Counted from the stretch's first letter, positions 45,544-56,065 are shown. The stretch: DNA of 64,000 nucleotides from Verrucomicrobiota bacterium (GCA_004293445.1 RDYP01000001.1:270754-334753), one strand, 5' to 3'. Numbers and translations are program-made. Notes: a model not told the origin generated them from the letters alone.

Positions 45544-46410
45544 ATGAAACTCACCGGATTCGCCGACGAAGCCTCCCGCGACCTCGAAACTCAAATCAAG
45601 GCCACCCGAGAGCTCGGATGGTCGGCAATTTCAGCTCGCGGGGTCAATGGTGCCAACCTGCACGAGCTTCCCGACGAGGATTTCAACCGCGTCGCCGATC
45701 GCCTCGACGAGGCAGGCATCCACATTCCGGAATTCGGCTCCCTTATTGGAAATTGGGGCAAGAAGATCTCCAGTGACTTCCAGATCACCCTCGCCGAAAT
45801 CAGCCGCGCCATCCCGCGAATGAAACGCCTCGGCACCCCGCTGATCCGCATCATGTCCTATGCACAGGAGCCTTGGGGCGACGACCAACAGGAACAGGAG
45901 CGCTTCCGCCGACTCCGCGAAATTGTCAGTCGATTCCAAGACGCTGGTCTCACTGCGGTGCACGAGAATTGCATGAATTGGGGCGGCTTCTCCGCCGACC
46001 ACACCCTGCGCCTGATCGATGAGGTTCCTGGGCTCAAGTTGGTCTTCGATACCGGCAACCCGCTCTTCCAACGCGATCGTTCAAAAGCCGAGCCCCATCC
46101 CTGGCAAGACCCCTGGGAATTCTGGACCAAGGTGCGCGATCACGTCGTTCACATCCACGTCAAAGACTGCATCAGCCCACCCATCGATGGTGTCGAGCCC
46201 CTCTACACCATGCCCGGCGAGGGCGACGCCCGTATTCCCGAGATCCTCGCCGACGCCAAGTCGCGCGGCTACGATGGATGGATCGCGATCGAGCCCCACG
46301 TCGCCACGGTCTTCCACGTCAAGGACCAGTCCCAGGTCGATTGGCAGCAGTGCTATGACAGCTACGTCGCTTACGGACGACGCATGGAAGGCATCATTGC
46401 CGCGCTCTGA
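45544..46410 (+). CDS. Xylose-isomerase-like TIM-barrel protein (sugar phosphate isomerase/epimerase family)
   Basis: 288 aa. Motifs include MKLTGFADEAS..., LIRIMSY, AVHENC, HIHVKDC and WIAIEPH. Confidence 0.75.
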   Translation: MKLTGFADEASRDLETQIKATRELGWSAISARGVNGANLHELPDEDFNRVADRLDEAGIHIPEFGSLIGNWGKKISSDFQITLAEISRAIPRMKRLGTPLIRIMSYAQEPWGDDQQEQERFRRLREIVSRFQDAGLTAVHENCMNWGGFSADHTLRLIDEVPGLKLVFDTGNPLFQRDRSKAEPHPWQDPWEFWTKVRDHVVHIHVKDCISPPIDGVEPLYTMPGEGDARIPEILADAKSRGYDGWIAIEPHVATVFHVKDQSQVDWQQCYDSYVAYGRRMEGIIAAL

Positions 46411-46423
46411 TCTTTTCTTAGCC

Positions 46424-47302
46424 TCAGCGCCCCCGGAATTCCCTGCGATAGCGCGAAGGAGCGGATCCATTGAGCTTCTGAAAAAAGCGGCTGAAGTAGT
46501 ATTCGTCGCTGAAGCCAAGCCGGTCCGCGATCTCCTTCATCTTGAGATCCGTATTGATCACCCAGCGCAGGGCCTCTTGATTCAGTCGACGGGTTAGATA
46601 TGCCTTCGGAGTGATCCCAGTGCTTCGCACAAATGCCATCGAAAAGGCCTCCGCCGTCGTGCCGTAAACTTTCGCGAGGTCGCCAAGCCGCAGTCGCGCG
46701 CCGAGGTTCTGTTCGATGAGTTGGAATACCGGCGTGAATTGTGTGTGAGTCTCCAAGTGACCGGAGATCACCTCGTCGAGCTCTGGCACGGCGGTCGCGA
46801 ACCACGATAGCAGCCTCCCCCGCAGCAGCAGCAGGTTTGCCACCGATCGTGCCCGATCCTCATCCAGCCATTCCCGCCACTCGTCCGGTTCGACCACTCC
46901 GGCCATCCGGGGCCCACGTGCGGGCCAATCCAGCAAGGGATCCACACCCGGCAGCCACTCGCTCGAAAACTTGAAGAACAGAACCTCGCAAGGTTCCTCA
47001 CAGCGCCGTTCCACCGGAGTGTTCCCCGGCAAGAACCAGACCTGCCCCGGCTCTAGATCATAAACCCTTCCCCCGGCGACCACCTGCCGCCGTCCCGATA
47101 GGGTGATGTCGATGTGATTCAAGTAATCCGCCTGCAGCTTGCCTTCCGAGCTCCACTCCGGCCCGACCTCCGAGAAATACATGCCCAACAGCTGAATTCG
47201 AAATTTCCCGGCCAAAAGCGATTCCCGCTCCGCCTTGGAATTGCTCACGATCGTTCGCATTCCCGCGTTTGCCCGCGCGTCGGTAGTATCGATCAGCCTC
47301 AT
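46424..47302 (-). CDS. AraC-family transcriptional regulator
   Basis: 292 aa. A cupin-like N-terminus is followed by the C-terminal double HTH LGDLAKVYGTTAEAFSMAFVRSTGITPKAYL...IADRLGFSDEYYFSRFFQKLNGSAPSRYR. Confidence 0.9.
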   Translation of the reverse strand: MRLIDTTDARANAGMRTIVSNSKAERESLLAGKFRIQLLGMYFSEVGPEWSSEGKLQADYLNHIDITLSGRRQVVAGGRVYDLEPGQVWFLPGNTPVERRCEEPCEVLFFKFSSEWLPGVDPLLDWPARGPRMAGVVEPDEWREWLDEDRARSVANLLLLRGRLLSWFATAVPELDEVISGHLETHTQFTPVFQLIEQNLGARLRLGDLAKVYGTTAEAFSMAFVRSTGITPKAYLTRRLNQEALRWVINTDLKMKEIADRLGFSDEYYFSRFFQKLNGSAPSRYRREFRGR

Positions 47303-47478
47303 ACCCCATCGTTAGCCCCTGTTGGAAAAATGCAAGAAAATCACGGATTCATCCATGGAAAAATCCTCACTTCCATTGCACATCCTGATGGATAGCACAT
47401 CGCGGCGCCTCATGACCGCTCCCCACTGAGGCAACTCCAGACACGCATCACATCCCCTCGCCGACCTCGAATCCAATC

Positions 47479-50124
47479 ATGAAACCCTACATGAAATCTA
47501 TCCGCTCCTTCCTCGCCGGTGTGGGGCTCATCGCATCCCTCGCCCTCCCGGCGATGTCCCAAGTCGTTTATTTTGATGACTTCAACGACCAGCAGAATCT
47601 CTTTGCGGGCGGCCCCTACACCCAGACACTCGGCGGATCGGCACCTGCGGTCCGCAGCGGCACTCTTGGCGGTAGCTCGACCGCCACATGGCTGGCTGGA
47701 GTGGAAGCGGGAGGATGGGGTCAACGGGATTATGGCGACAACAATGTTGCCACTCCCACCAGCAGCAACTTCCTCGCCTTCACACCCACCTCTGGCCAGA
47801 ATTACACGGTCCAAATGACCATTGATACCACAGGCCTTGGTGGTGCCGACCCTGGCGGTACCAGTTCGTGGTTCACCGTAGGCTTCACAAGCAGCCAACA
47901 CCACTGGAATGGATCGGATGCAGCCACCATCGACGTTGGACATCTAGTCCGTTGGAACTCGAATGCAGTGACAACCATCACCTACACCGTGGCAGGTTCT
48001 GACCTTGTGGCGGCTGGAATTCAATATGTCGGTTGGATCACGGACAGACCGGGTGTTGTCAACCTGAACAGTTCCAGCCAAGTCAAGATCGACAACTTCA
48101 GTCTGATCGCGAGCGTGCCGAACCCGACCCTCACCTATGTTGGCAACGGCTTTGACGCAGGCACAGTGCCAGTCGATCCCTCAAGCCCCTACACACCCGG
48201 TGCGGTCGCGACCATCGCCGCTCCTGGCGATATGGCCCTCTCGGGATACACGTTCATGGGCTGGAACACTGCGGCCGATGGCAGCGGCACAAGCTACGCT
48301 CCCGGTTCCACATTCACCATCTACAACAACACCACGCTCTACGCGAAGTGGCTGGCAAATACCATCTCTGTGGTGACCTACAACGGGAACGGCAACACCG
48401 GCGGTAGCGCCCCCGTGGATAGCAATCTCTACGACAGTTCCACCAGTCCCAGCGCCACGGTCCTCAGTGCGGGCACTCTCACCAAGACCAGCTTCACCTT
48501 TTCGGGCTGGAACACAGCCGCAGATGGTAGCGGCACGAGCTACAGCGAGAACGATACCTTTGCCATCAGTGCAAACACCACCCTCTACGCCATTTGGACT
48601 CCAGGCCCCGACTACGTATGGAGCAATGGCGGCGGTACCGATACTTGGAACACGTCCGACGCGAACTGGCACGAGGCGGTTTGGACCAACTCTTCCGCAA
48701 ACAATGCAATGTTCACTAGCGTCGGCGGCAATGTTTATCTCTCCTCGGGGTTGATCGCAAACAGCGTGAATGTTGGCGGTGCAGTGGGCAATTTTGCTAA
48801 TCTCGGCTTCGTCGATGGCACTCTGAGTGCGAGCAGCCTCCTTGTCCAAGGGAGTTCTACTAACGGCGGCAACTATGGGGCCAACCCCATTCTAACGATC
48901 GATTCGAATCTGAGCATCAGTGGTGATGTCTCAATCGGGCGCTCGAGCCTGAACATTCTCGGTGGCAGTTTCACCGCAGACCGCATCGTCACCAACGCAG
49001 CTAGCGCGGACTGGGCCCGCTTTGTCGTCTCCGGAGGAACCGTTACCGCAACCAATGGCGTGGACGGCTCGCTATATACCAGTGCAACCTTTGCGGTCGA
49101 CCTGAACGGTGGCGAACTGCAAACCCCCTCCCTTCGGGTCGCGAACCGCGAGGCTGGGACCAATAACAATGCTTGGCTCACTTTCAATGGTGGCACGCTC
49201 AAAGCGATCGGAGCAGATAACGCGAACTTCATCACCACCTACGGTGGTGGCGCGAACACCTACGTCGCATCCGGGGGGGCCGTGATCGACACCAATGGCT
49301 TCAACATCGGCATTCAAGTCAGCCTGAGAGCCTCCGGGTTCGACGGTGGACTCACCAAGAACGGTGCTGGCACGCTTACCCTCAGCGGTTTGAACAACTA
49401 CACCGGCAACACCGCGATCAACGCTGGTTCACTCATCCTCGCCCAAGGCGGACAACTTGCTTTCAAACTTACGGAAGAACCTGCTTCAACCACGATCTCC
49501 GGAACGGGAAGCGCCACTTTCAACGGGAGCTTCAGCATCGACACGAGCGCCATCACCGGCAGTACCGGCTACATCTGGACTTTGGTCGATCGCGTCAATC
49601 TCAGCAGTGTCTCATTCGATGCCACCACCTTCGCAGTGATTGGGTTTGATGACACCGACAACGACGGCGTGTGGACCATGAGCGACGCAAAGGGAGCGTG
49701 GAGTTTCTCCGAGGCGACCGGTGAACTCACCCTCGACATCGGCAACGACTATGACGATTGGGGCAGCGCTTACGGCCTGGCCACCGGCAGCGAGGCCGGT
49801 GACCTCGACAACGATGGCGTCAGCAACCTCGATGAATATGCTTTCGGCCTTCTTCCCAACAGTGGAAACTCGGTCCAGCCCATCGTTGCCCAGTTGAACC
49901 CAAGCACACGCAGCTTCAGCTACACGCGCCGTGACCTTAGCAAGACCGATCTCATCTACAGCGTCTGGTACTCCACCGATCTCCAGACTTGGACCGAAGA
50001 TGTCGCTGCCTCCGAAGGCGCTTCGACCTTGAACGCCGATGTCGAGACGGTGTCCGTGACGCTCTCCGCTGCTGCCGGGGAGCCGCTGCCGTCGAAATTA
50101 TTCATCCAAGTCCGCGCCCAGTAA
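47479..50124 (+). CDS. Large secreted multi-domain surface protein
   Basis: 881 aa with a signal peptide. The N-terminal ~190-aa module ending KIDNFSL is shared with the next gene. Two Listeria-Bacteroides/InlB-B-type repeats follow (GYTFMGWNTAADGSGTSY; FTFSGWNTAADGSGTSY). Autotransporter-associated beta-strand repeats are present (KNGAGTLTLSGLNNYTGNTAINAGSLIL). A DNDGVSNLDEYAFGL Ca-binding-like motif is also present. Confidence 0.8.
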   Translation: MKPYMKSIRSFLAGVGLIASLALPAMSQVVYFDDFNDQQNLFAGGPYTQTLGGSAPAVRSGTLGGSSTATWLAGVEAGGWGQRDYGDNNVATPTSSNFLAFTPTSGQNYTVQMTIDTTGLGGADPGGTSSWFTVGFTSSQHHWNGSDAATIDVGHLVRWNSNAVTTITYTVAGSDLVAAGIQYVGWITDRPGVVNLNSSSQVKIDNFSLIASVPNPTLTYVGNGFDAGTVPVDPSSPYTPGAVATIAAPGDMALSGYTFMGWNTAADGSGTSYAPGSTFTIYNNTTLYAKWLANTISVVTYNGNGNTGGSAPVDSNLYDSSTSPSATVLSAGTLTKTSFTFSGWNTAADGSGTSYSENDTFAISANTTLYAIWTPGPDYVWSNGGGTDTWNTSDANWHEAVWTNSSANNAMFTSVGGNVYLSSGLIANSVNVGGAVGNFANLGFVDGTLSASSLLVQGSSTNGGNYGANPILTIDSNLSISGDVSIGRSSLNILGGSFTADRIVTNAASADWARFVVSGGTVTATNGVDGSLYTSATFAVDLNGGELQTPSLRVANREAGTNNNAWLTFNGGTLKAIGADNANFITTYGGGANTYVASGGAVIDTNGFNIGIQVSLRASGFDGGLTKNGAGTLTLSGLNNYTGNTAINAGSLILAQGGQLAFKLTEEPASTTISGTGSATFNGSFSIDTSAITGSTGYIWTLVDRVNLSSVSFDATTFAVIGFDDTDNDGVWTMSDAKGAWSFSEATGELTLDIGNDYDDWGSAYGLATGSEAGDLDNDGVSNLDEYAFGLLPNSGNSVQPIVAQLNPSTRSFSYTRRDLSKTDLIYSVWYSTDLQTWTEDVAASEGASTLNADVETVSVTLSAAAGEPLPSKLFIQVRAQ

Positions 50125-50174
50125 GTTTAGTCCACTGTAAGACTCCAAAGAACCCCAAACCCCAACGAACCCAG

Positions 50175-50867
50175 ATGAAACTCCAAAGCACCTACCTTGC
50201 TTCCCTAAGCGCGGTCGCCATGGCACTACCCGCCTCCGCGGCAACGGTTATCTATCTTGATAACTTTAACGACCAGCAAAATATCAATACGGGCGGGCCT
50301 TACACCCAAACACTAGGCGGATCGGCACCAACCACCCGCAGCGGCACTCTCGGCGGTAGCGCAACCGCCACATGGTTGGCTGGTGTGGAAGAGGGTGGAT
50401 GGGGTCAACGGGACTATGGTGACAACAACGTCGCTACCCCGACCAGCAGTAACTTCCTCGCGTTCACACCGGTCTCAGGCCAAGATTACACGGTTCAAAT
50501 GACCATCGATACCACTGGCCTCGGTGGTGCCGACCCAGGTGGCTCGAGTTCATGGTTCACCGTGGGCTTCACCAGCAGCCAACACCATTGGACAGGAGCG
50601 GACGCTGGGACCATCGACGTCGGGCATCTCGTTCGTTGGAACTCAAATGCAATAACCACCATCACTTACACCGTGGCAGGTTCTACTCTTGTTGCAGGAG
50701 GCATTCAGTATGTTGGTTGGATCACGGACAGAGCGGGTGTCGTTAACCTGAACGGTTCCAGCCAAGTCAAGATCGACAACTTCAGCCTGACTGCCGTGCC
50801 AGAGCCGGGCGCAGCACTGCTCGGGGGCCTCGGCCTACTGACGATTCTCCGCCGTCGCCGCGGTTGA
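50175..50867 (+). CDS. PEP-CTERM-anchored protein carrying the same N-terminal module
   Basis: 230 aa with a signal peptide. The module is about 88% identical at protein level to residues ~27-212 of the preceding protein (hand count). The C-terminal sorting signal is VPEPGAALLGGLGLLTILRRRRG. Confidence 0.85.
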   Translation: MKLQSTYLASLSAVAMALPASAATVIYLDNFNDQQNINTGGPYTQTLGGSAPTTRSGTLGGSATATWLAGVEEGGWGQRDYGDNNVATPTSSNFLAFTPVSGQDYTVQMTIDTTGLGGADPGGSSSWFTVGFTSSQHHWTGADAGTIDVGHLVRWNSNAITTITYTVAGSTLVAGGIQYVGWITDRAGVVNLNGSSQVKIDNFSLTAVPEPGAALLGGLGLLTILRRRRG

Positions 50868-51032
50868 ATCCACCTTGAGGCATGGCCTCTAGGGTCATAC
50901 CCACCAAACTTTGCCCCTGGAGGGGGGCAATACCCGGGGCGGTCCGCGATATGGGTTTTCGTGGGCCGCCCTGATTCTTTTTCACAGCCGTTCCATCATC
51001 CGTTTTTTCTCACTCACCGATCCCATCCACTC

Positions 51033-53066
51033 ATGATGCGCACCCCCATACTGCTCGCCTCCTCCCTCCTGCTCGCAAGCTCCAGCCTTCGTGCAGAGCC
51101 TCAGGGAATGACCGAATTCCTCCAGAGGAAATACGGCTTCTTTGTCCACTACGTCTGGGGCGGCGAACAAAAGGGTGCCATGAGCGTCGACCGCGCCGGG
51201 AAGCAAGCGGAGAGCTTCGATGCCTTCGCCGATGCCTTCGATGTCGATCGCTTCGCCGACGACCTCGAAAGCTGGGGTGTCGAGTATGTGATTTTTACCG
51301 CGTGGCACTACAACATCAACCCACTCTTCCCGAGCGAAACCATGAAGAGGTGGGGACTTGAGAAGCATCGCTGCAAGCGCGATTTGATCCGCGAGGTGAT
51401 CACCGCATGCACGGCTAAGGGCATTCGGGTCATGCTCTACACCCACCCGCGCGACGGCCACGACCTCGGCCCTGAGGATCAAATCAAAACCGGTTGGGGC
51501 GGTCCGAATGGAGTCGACCCCCAATGGGAGAACTTCGATCGCAAAAAGTGGAACGACTTCACCTGCGAGCTCTACGAGGAGCTGATCACCCGCTACGGCA
51601 ATGACATCATCGGTATCTTCTCCGACGAAGGCAGCGCCGCTGGCGACAGTTTCCGGGTCGTAGACTACCCCCGACTCCGCCGCACGGTCAAGTCGCTCCA
51701 GCCCGACCTGATGATGGAGCAAAACTGGTATGGCACCACCTACTCTCTCGACGTCGGCTGCAAGGAATATGCCTTCTGGGGTGAATTTGCGAGCCACGAT
51801 GGAAACGCGTGGCCCGCTTGGCGGATGCCGGTGGCAACGATGTTCGCTCCCTCTTGGTATGCGACCCGACCCGCAGGCCAGACCGTGACGGTTTACAAAG
51901 CCGAAGACATGTTTCGGTACACCGTCCTCCAAGCCGGGGCCAATCACGAGGGCGGTGGCGTGCAATGGGCTGCCGGCAACTACGCCGGTGGAGGTTGGGA
52001 AACGGGCATCGAAGAAACCATGGATCGTGTTGCGGCCCTGATTCAACCGATCGCGCCTTCCATCAAAAAAGTCCACGCCAGCAATTCGTGGCCGACCACT
52101 CAGGGAACAAAAATCCCCGACCTCCGATGGGGCGGCGTGGCCACTCGCTCGATCGATGACAAGATCGAATACCTACACATCCTCACGCCCCCGGCCGATG
52201 GCTCGAAGTCGCTCACACTGCCGGCGCCAGCCGATGGCAAGCGTTTCTCGAAAGCCGTGCTCCTCAAAAGCCGACAAGCGGTGGATCTCAAACAAGACGC
52301 CCAGGAACTCCGCCTCGAACTCCCCGCAAGTCAGGCGTGGGATCCGCTCGATACCGTCATTGCACTCCAGGTCGCCGCAGATTCCCCGCCACAGAACCTC
52401 GCGCTGTGGAAAGCCTTCCGCGGCTCTTCGTTCCCTGATCCCGGTCCCTCCGGCGCGTCGGCCTATGCCTTTGCGGCCGTGGATGGCGACACCTCCACCC
52501 GCTGGTCATCCCGCCCCACCGGCGCAACCGAAGGCAACGAAGCCGTTCCTACCGACGATCAGCCTTCCTGCCAAATCGATCTCGGATTGCCTGCCAAGCT
52601 CACCCGCATCGAAGTCCTTGGATCCGTCGGACCCGACGTCGTGCTTTCGCTGTCAGCATCCCCCGATTTCAAAAAAGCGAAACGCGTCGCGAGCTCCAAA
52701 GCGACCCCGCCGCCCAGCCTCGTGATCCACAGGGCGACCTATGGCACCGGCGATCAGGTGGCCGATCTCACCGATTTCGCACGGAAATCGATCTCCAACG
52801 GTATTCTGAACCTCAAAGCTGGCAACGAACTCACTACGACTGACCCGGCTCCCGGCAAGCTGAAGGAGCTGCGTGTCGAGTTCAGCCTCGATGGCAAGGA
52901 CTCGCTCAAGGTCGTCCCCGAAGGCGGGTCCCTCGATCTCGGTGGAGCTGTGTGGGCACTCGACCTTCCCGCCAGAACCTCCGCCCGTTTCGTGCGGCTC
53001 GAGCGCAGCCGCAGTGGACCACCGCTCTGCGTCGCCGAACTTCGCGTCTTCGGAACTTTCGAGTAA
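51033..53066 (+). CDS. Secreted glycoside hydrolase, GH29 (alpha-L-fucosidase)-like, with C-terminal F5/8 type C-like modules
   Basis: 677 aa. The signal peptide is MMRTPILLASSLLLASSSLRA. GH29-like blocks are YGFFVHYVWGG, YVIFTAWHYNINPLFPS and RDLIREVITACTAKGIRVMLY. Discoidin-like strings are AVDGDTSTRWSS and FVRLER...VAELRVFG. Confidence 0.55.
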   Translation: MMRTPILLASSLLLASSSLRAEPQGMTEFLQRKYGFFVHYVWGGEQKGAMSVDRAGKQAESFDAFADAFDVDRFADDLESWGVEYVIFTAWHYNINPLFPSETMKRWGLEKHRCKRDLIREVITACTAKGIRVMLYTHPRDGHDLGPEDQIKTGWGGPNGVDPQWENFDRKKWNDFTCELYEELITRYGNDIIGIFSDEGSAAGDSFRVVDYPRLRRTVKSLQPDLMMEQNWYGTTYSLDVGCKEYAFWGEFASHDGNAWPAWRMPVATMFAPSWYATRPAGQTVTVYKAEDMFRYTVLQAGANHEGGGVQWAAGNYAGGGWETGIEETMDRVAALIQPIAPSIKKVHASNSWPTTQGTKIPDLRWGGVATRSIDDKIEYLHILTPPADGSKSLTLPAPADGKRFSKAVLLKSRQAVDLKQDAQELRLELPASQAWDPLDTVIALQVAADSPPQNLALWKAFRGSSFPDPGPSGASAYAFAAVDGDTSTRWSSRPTGATEGNEAVPTDDQPSCQIDLGLPAKLTRIEVLGSVGPDVVLSLSASPDFKKAKRVASSKATPPPSLVIHRATYGTGDQVADLTDFARKSISNGILNLKAGNELTTTDPAPGKLKELRVEFSLDGKDSLKVVPEGGSLDLGGAVWALDLPARTSARFVRLERSRSGPPLCVAELRVFGTFE

Positions 53067-53131
53067 GAATCGGATCGTAATTGCGTAAGGTCTCGGCCCG
53101 CGAACGCCGCGGATGCTCTCCGACCTTGCCC

Positions 53132-56065
53132 ATGCAGCCTCATGTCACCCTTGTCGCATTGTTTGCCGCATGCGCGCGTCGCTTGGCGTCGGTCTCCCTG
53201 CTTTGCCTTTTCACTACCCTTCCCATGAATGCGGAAAGCACGGCCGCTCGTCTTCAGGCTTCGATGATTTGGTCCCCTGAATCCCCCGGAGGAACCCAGG
53301 CCTACGTCGCCTTTCGAAAGGAGTTCGATCTTGCCAAGCCCCCTGCCAGCGCTGACTTCCACCTCTTTGCCGACTCGCGCTACCTCCTCTGGGTCAATGG
53401 CAAACAAGTCCTCCGCGGCCCCTGCCGATTCAATCCCAAGCGCCCGGAATTCGACAGCACCGACCTCGCTCCTCATCTCCGTGAAGGCCGCAATAGCATC
53501 GTCGTGCTGGTCCACCACTACCCCGCCACCAACGGACGGATCATGCGCCACGAGCCTGGCCTCACCGCCCTGCTGGAAATCGACGGCAACGAATTTCTCC
53601 GCAGCGATCCTTCGTGGCGTTGCAGTCCGAATACCGAATATCGCCCCTCCCCCGGCGCTTGGAGCTCGATCCCCGACGTGATCGATGGCCGCGTCCGCCC
53701 GGGTGAGTGGACCCGTCCCGGCTTCGATGACTCTGCATGGCAAGCCGCAACCCCCGTCGACGGCAATACCTGGGGAAGCATGCATGCCCGATCGATTCCC
53801 CTGCCACGCGAATCCGAATTGCCCGATGTCCAACTCAAGCCCGGAGAGTATCCCATCGCCGAGCGACTACCGATCGAACTCAGCACCACCGACACACGTC
53901 CATGGAACTATCCCGGCGGCTTCATCGGCAAATGGATGTGGGCACCCGGAGCCGCGAAAACCGTCTGGTTCAAGACCGTTTGGAGCAATGCGGGCTTCGG
54001 CGTCGGTCAAGGCTGCGACCTGAGGGTCCTCTGCGACAACCGCTTCACTCTCTACCTCAATGGCCGTCCGGTCGCGACCAGCGACGACGTGGCGACCGGC
54101 TGGACTGGCAAGCTCGACGTGGCCGATGGCGACGTGATCACGATCGAGGCCGAGGACCTGGAACAGGGCGACCACAGCGCCGGACTTTTTGTATCGATGC
54201 TCAACGGCGGGAACGCAGTTCTCGGCACCGCAGACTTCCTCGCCACCAGCACCCCACCCCCGTCCGACTGGAAGACAAGCCCCGAGCTCAGCGGATTCTC
54301 CCAGCTCTCTCCCACCAATGTCCACCCCGCCCACATCGGGCCGGCGGCGGGAACCCAGTCTTTCGTGCTCGATCTCGGCCGTATGGCGATGGCCTACCCG
54401 ACGATCGAGCTCGAGGCGGATGAGGGCAGCGTACTGCAACTCCAATACGCGCTGCGCCATGTGAACGGAGAACCCGCCGAAACCTACGGCGTCGGCACCA
54501 CCTACACCGCCCGCGCCGGACGCCAATCCTTCGTCGCCGCCGACCAGTGGTGCGCACGCTACGTGACGGTCAGTTGCCTCGCCGGACGAGTGAAAATTCT
54601 CGGCTTCAAAATGATCGACCGCCGCTACCCATTCGAGCGCGTCGGCAGCTTCAAATCCAGCGACCCCTTCCTCGACCGACTCTGGGAGATGTCGGTCAAT
54701 ACCATCGAGTGCACCAGTGACGATGCCTATGGCTCCGATGCCCGCGAGCGCAACGAGTGGGTGCAGGATGCGGCCAAAGCCAGCTTCAACACCACCCGCG
54801 TCGCCACCGCAGGTCCCGGGATCAATGGCACGAAGATCCACTCCGATCCGCGCCTGCTGCGAAATGTCCTTCGCCACGCGGCACTCTCTCAAATCGACGA
54901 CGGAAGCCTGCTGGGAACCTTCCCCACCGATCGGGGACGAGAAGATCCGCACTACATCATCGAAGACTACAACTGCCAGTGGGTCGAGGCCTTGAAAACC
55001 TACTTCGACGCGACCGGTGATAAGCACTTCGTCCGCGAGATGTGGCCACAGCTCGTCAAACTGATGGATGGATTTCTCAAACAAGTCACTCCGCGCGGAC
55101 TGCTGCTCGCCCGCGAATACACATCCTTCGACAACCCCTTGGCCTACATCACCTGCGAGGGTGCGACCATCAATTCGTTCTTCCATCAAGCACTCCGCGA
55201 CAGCGCCACGCTTGCCAGGGCCATTGGAGAGCTCGACCAAGCCAGGTCTTACACAAGCGCCGCCGATTCCCTGCACGATGCCTTCAACCGCCATTTCTGG
55301 CTGCCCGACGAAGGAGCTTATCGTGCCGGCATTCTTGGAGAGGAATCGCTTGCGCCCAGCGCCCATGCCCAATTGCTCGCCCTCCACTACGGCCTGGTGC
55401 CCGACGAGCGCGAAGACTCCACTCGCCGCTGGTTCCTGGCCCACTACAAAAATCCAAGCGGCTTTCACTGCGGCAGCAATCCTGACAGCGCGCAGATGAT
55501 CGCCGGGAAATCAGGGATCGGAATGCCCATCATGTTTCACTGGGTCTTCCACGAACTCTACCGAATGGACCAACCGGCGAGCGATCAGGAGGTCATGGAT
55601 CAAATGCGTAGCCGGTGGAAATACATGGTGGAACTCCAGCAGGACGCTGGCACCCTGAGCGAAAAATTTGTTCATGCCGACGGAAGCGGGGCGAGCGAAT
55701 CCTGTCACAACTACGGATCCATCCCGGCTCATTTCCTCAGCTCATACGTCCTCGGCGTCCGTCGCCAACTCCCCGCCGCCGAGAAGCAACTTCTGATCGA
55801 ACCGCGACTCGGCGATCTCACCCTCGCGGAAGGAACCGTGGTCACGGAGTTCGGTCCGGTGCCGGTGTCTTGGCGTCGTGAATCCGACCGACTCGAATTC
55901 ACCATGGAAATCCCTCAGGGCATTGATGCCGTGCTTCGAATTCCTGATGCTGTGCCTGCATCCTTAGTAATCGATGGCTGTGAAAGCAGCCCAGCCACGG
56001 AAGGACGTTATCAGGTCATCGCACTCACCGGCGGTCGCTACCGTGGCCGCGTGGTCCTTCGCTAA
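53132..56065 (+). CDS. Six-hairpin glycoside hydrolase, alpha-L-rhamnosidase (GH78)-like
   Basis: About 977 aa with a signal peptide. The N-terminal block is ADSRYLLWVNGKQVLRGPCRF. The central block FKSSDPFLDRLWEMS...DARERNEWVQDA resembles the GH78 (a/a)6 domain entry. Confidence 0.5.
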   Translation: MQPHVTLVALFAACARRLASVSLLCLFTTLPMNAESTAARLQASMIWSPESPGGTQAYVAFRKEFDLAKPPASADFHLFADSRYLLWVNGKQVLRGPCRFNPKRPEFDSTDLAPHLREGRNSIVVLVHHYPATNGRIMRHEPGLTALLEIDGNEFLRSDPSWRCSPNTEYRPSPGAWSSIPDVIDGRVRPGEWTRPGFDDSAWQAATPVDGNTWGSMHARSIPLPRESELPDVQLKPGEYPIAERLPIELSTTDTRPWNYPGGFIGKWMWAPGAAKTVWFKTVWSNAGFGVGQGCDLRVLCDNRFTLYLNGRPVATSDDVATGWTGKLDVADGDVITIEAEDLEQGDHSAGLFVSMLNGGNAVLGTADFLATSTPPPSDWKTSPELSGFSQLSPTNVHPAHIGPAAGTQSFVLDLGRMAMAYPTIELEADEGSVLQLQYALRHVNGEPAETYGVGTTYTARAGRQSFVAADQWCARYVTVSCLAGRVKILGFKMIDRRYPFERVGSFKSSDPFLDRLWEMSVNTIECTSDDAYGSDARERNEWVQDAAKASFNTTRVATAGPGINGTKIHSDPRLLRNVLRHAALSQIDDGSLLGTFPTDRGREDPHYIIEDYNCQWVEALKTYFDATGDKHFVREMWPQLVKLMDGFLKQVTPRGLLLAREYTSFDNPLAYITCEGATINSFFHQALRDSATLARAIGELDQARSYTSAADSLHDAFNRHFWLPDEGAYRAGILGEESLAPSAHAQLLALHYGLVPDEREDSTRRWFLAHYKNPSGFHCGSNPDSAQMIAGKSGIGMPIMFHWVFHELYRMDQPASDQEVMDQMRSRWKYMVELQQDAGTLSEKFVHADGSGASESCHNYGSIPAHFLSSYVLGVRRQLPAAEKQLLIEPRLGDLTLAEGTVVTEFGPVPVSWRRESDRLEFTMEIPQGIDAVLRIPDAVPASLVIDGCESSPATEGRYQVIALTGGRYRGRVVLR

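Noticed and set aside
47551-50800. The paralogous modules could be a diversity-generating retroelement template/variable repeat pair.
   Set aside because: Differences are spread over all bases and are often silent third-position changes, not adenine-specific. No reverse transcriptase or accessory gene is nearby.
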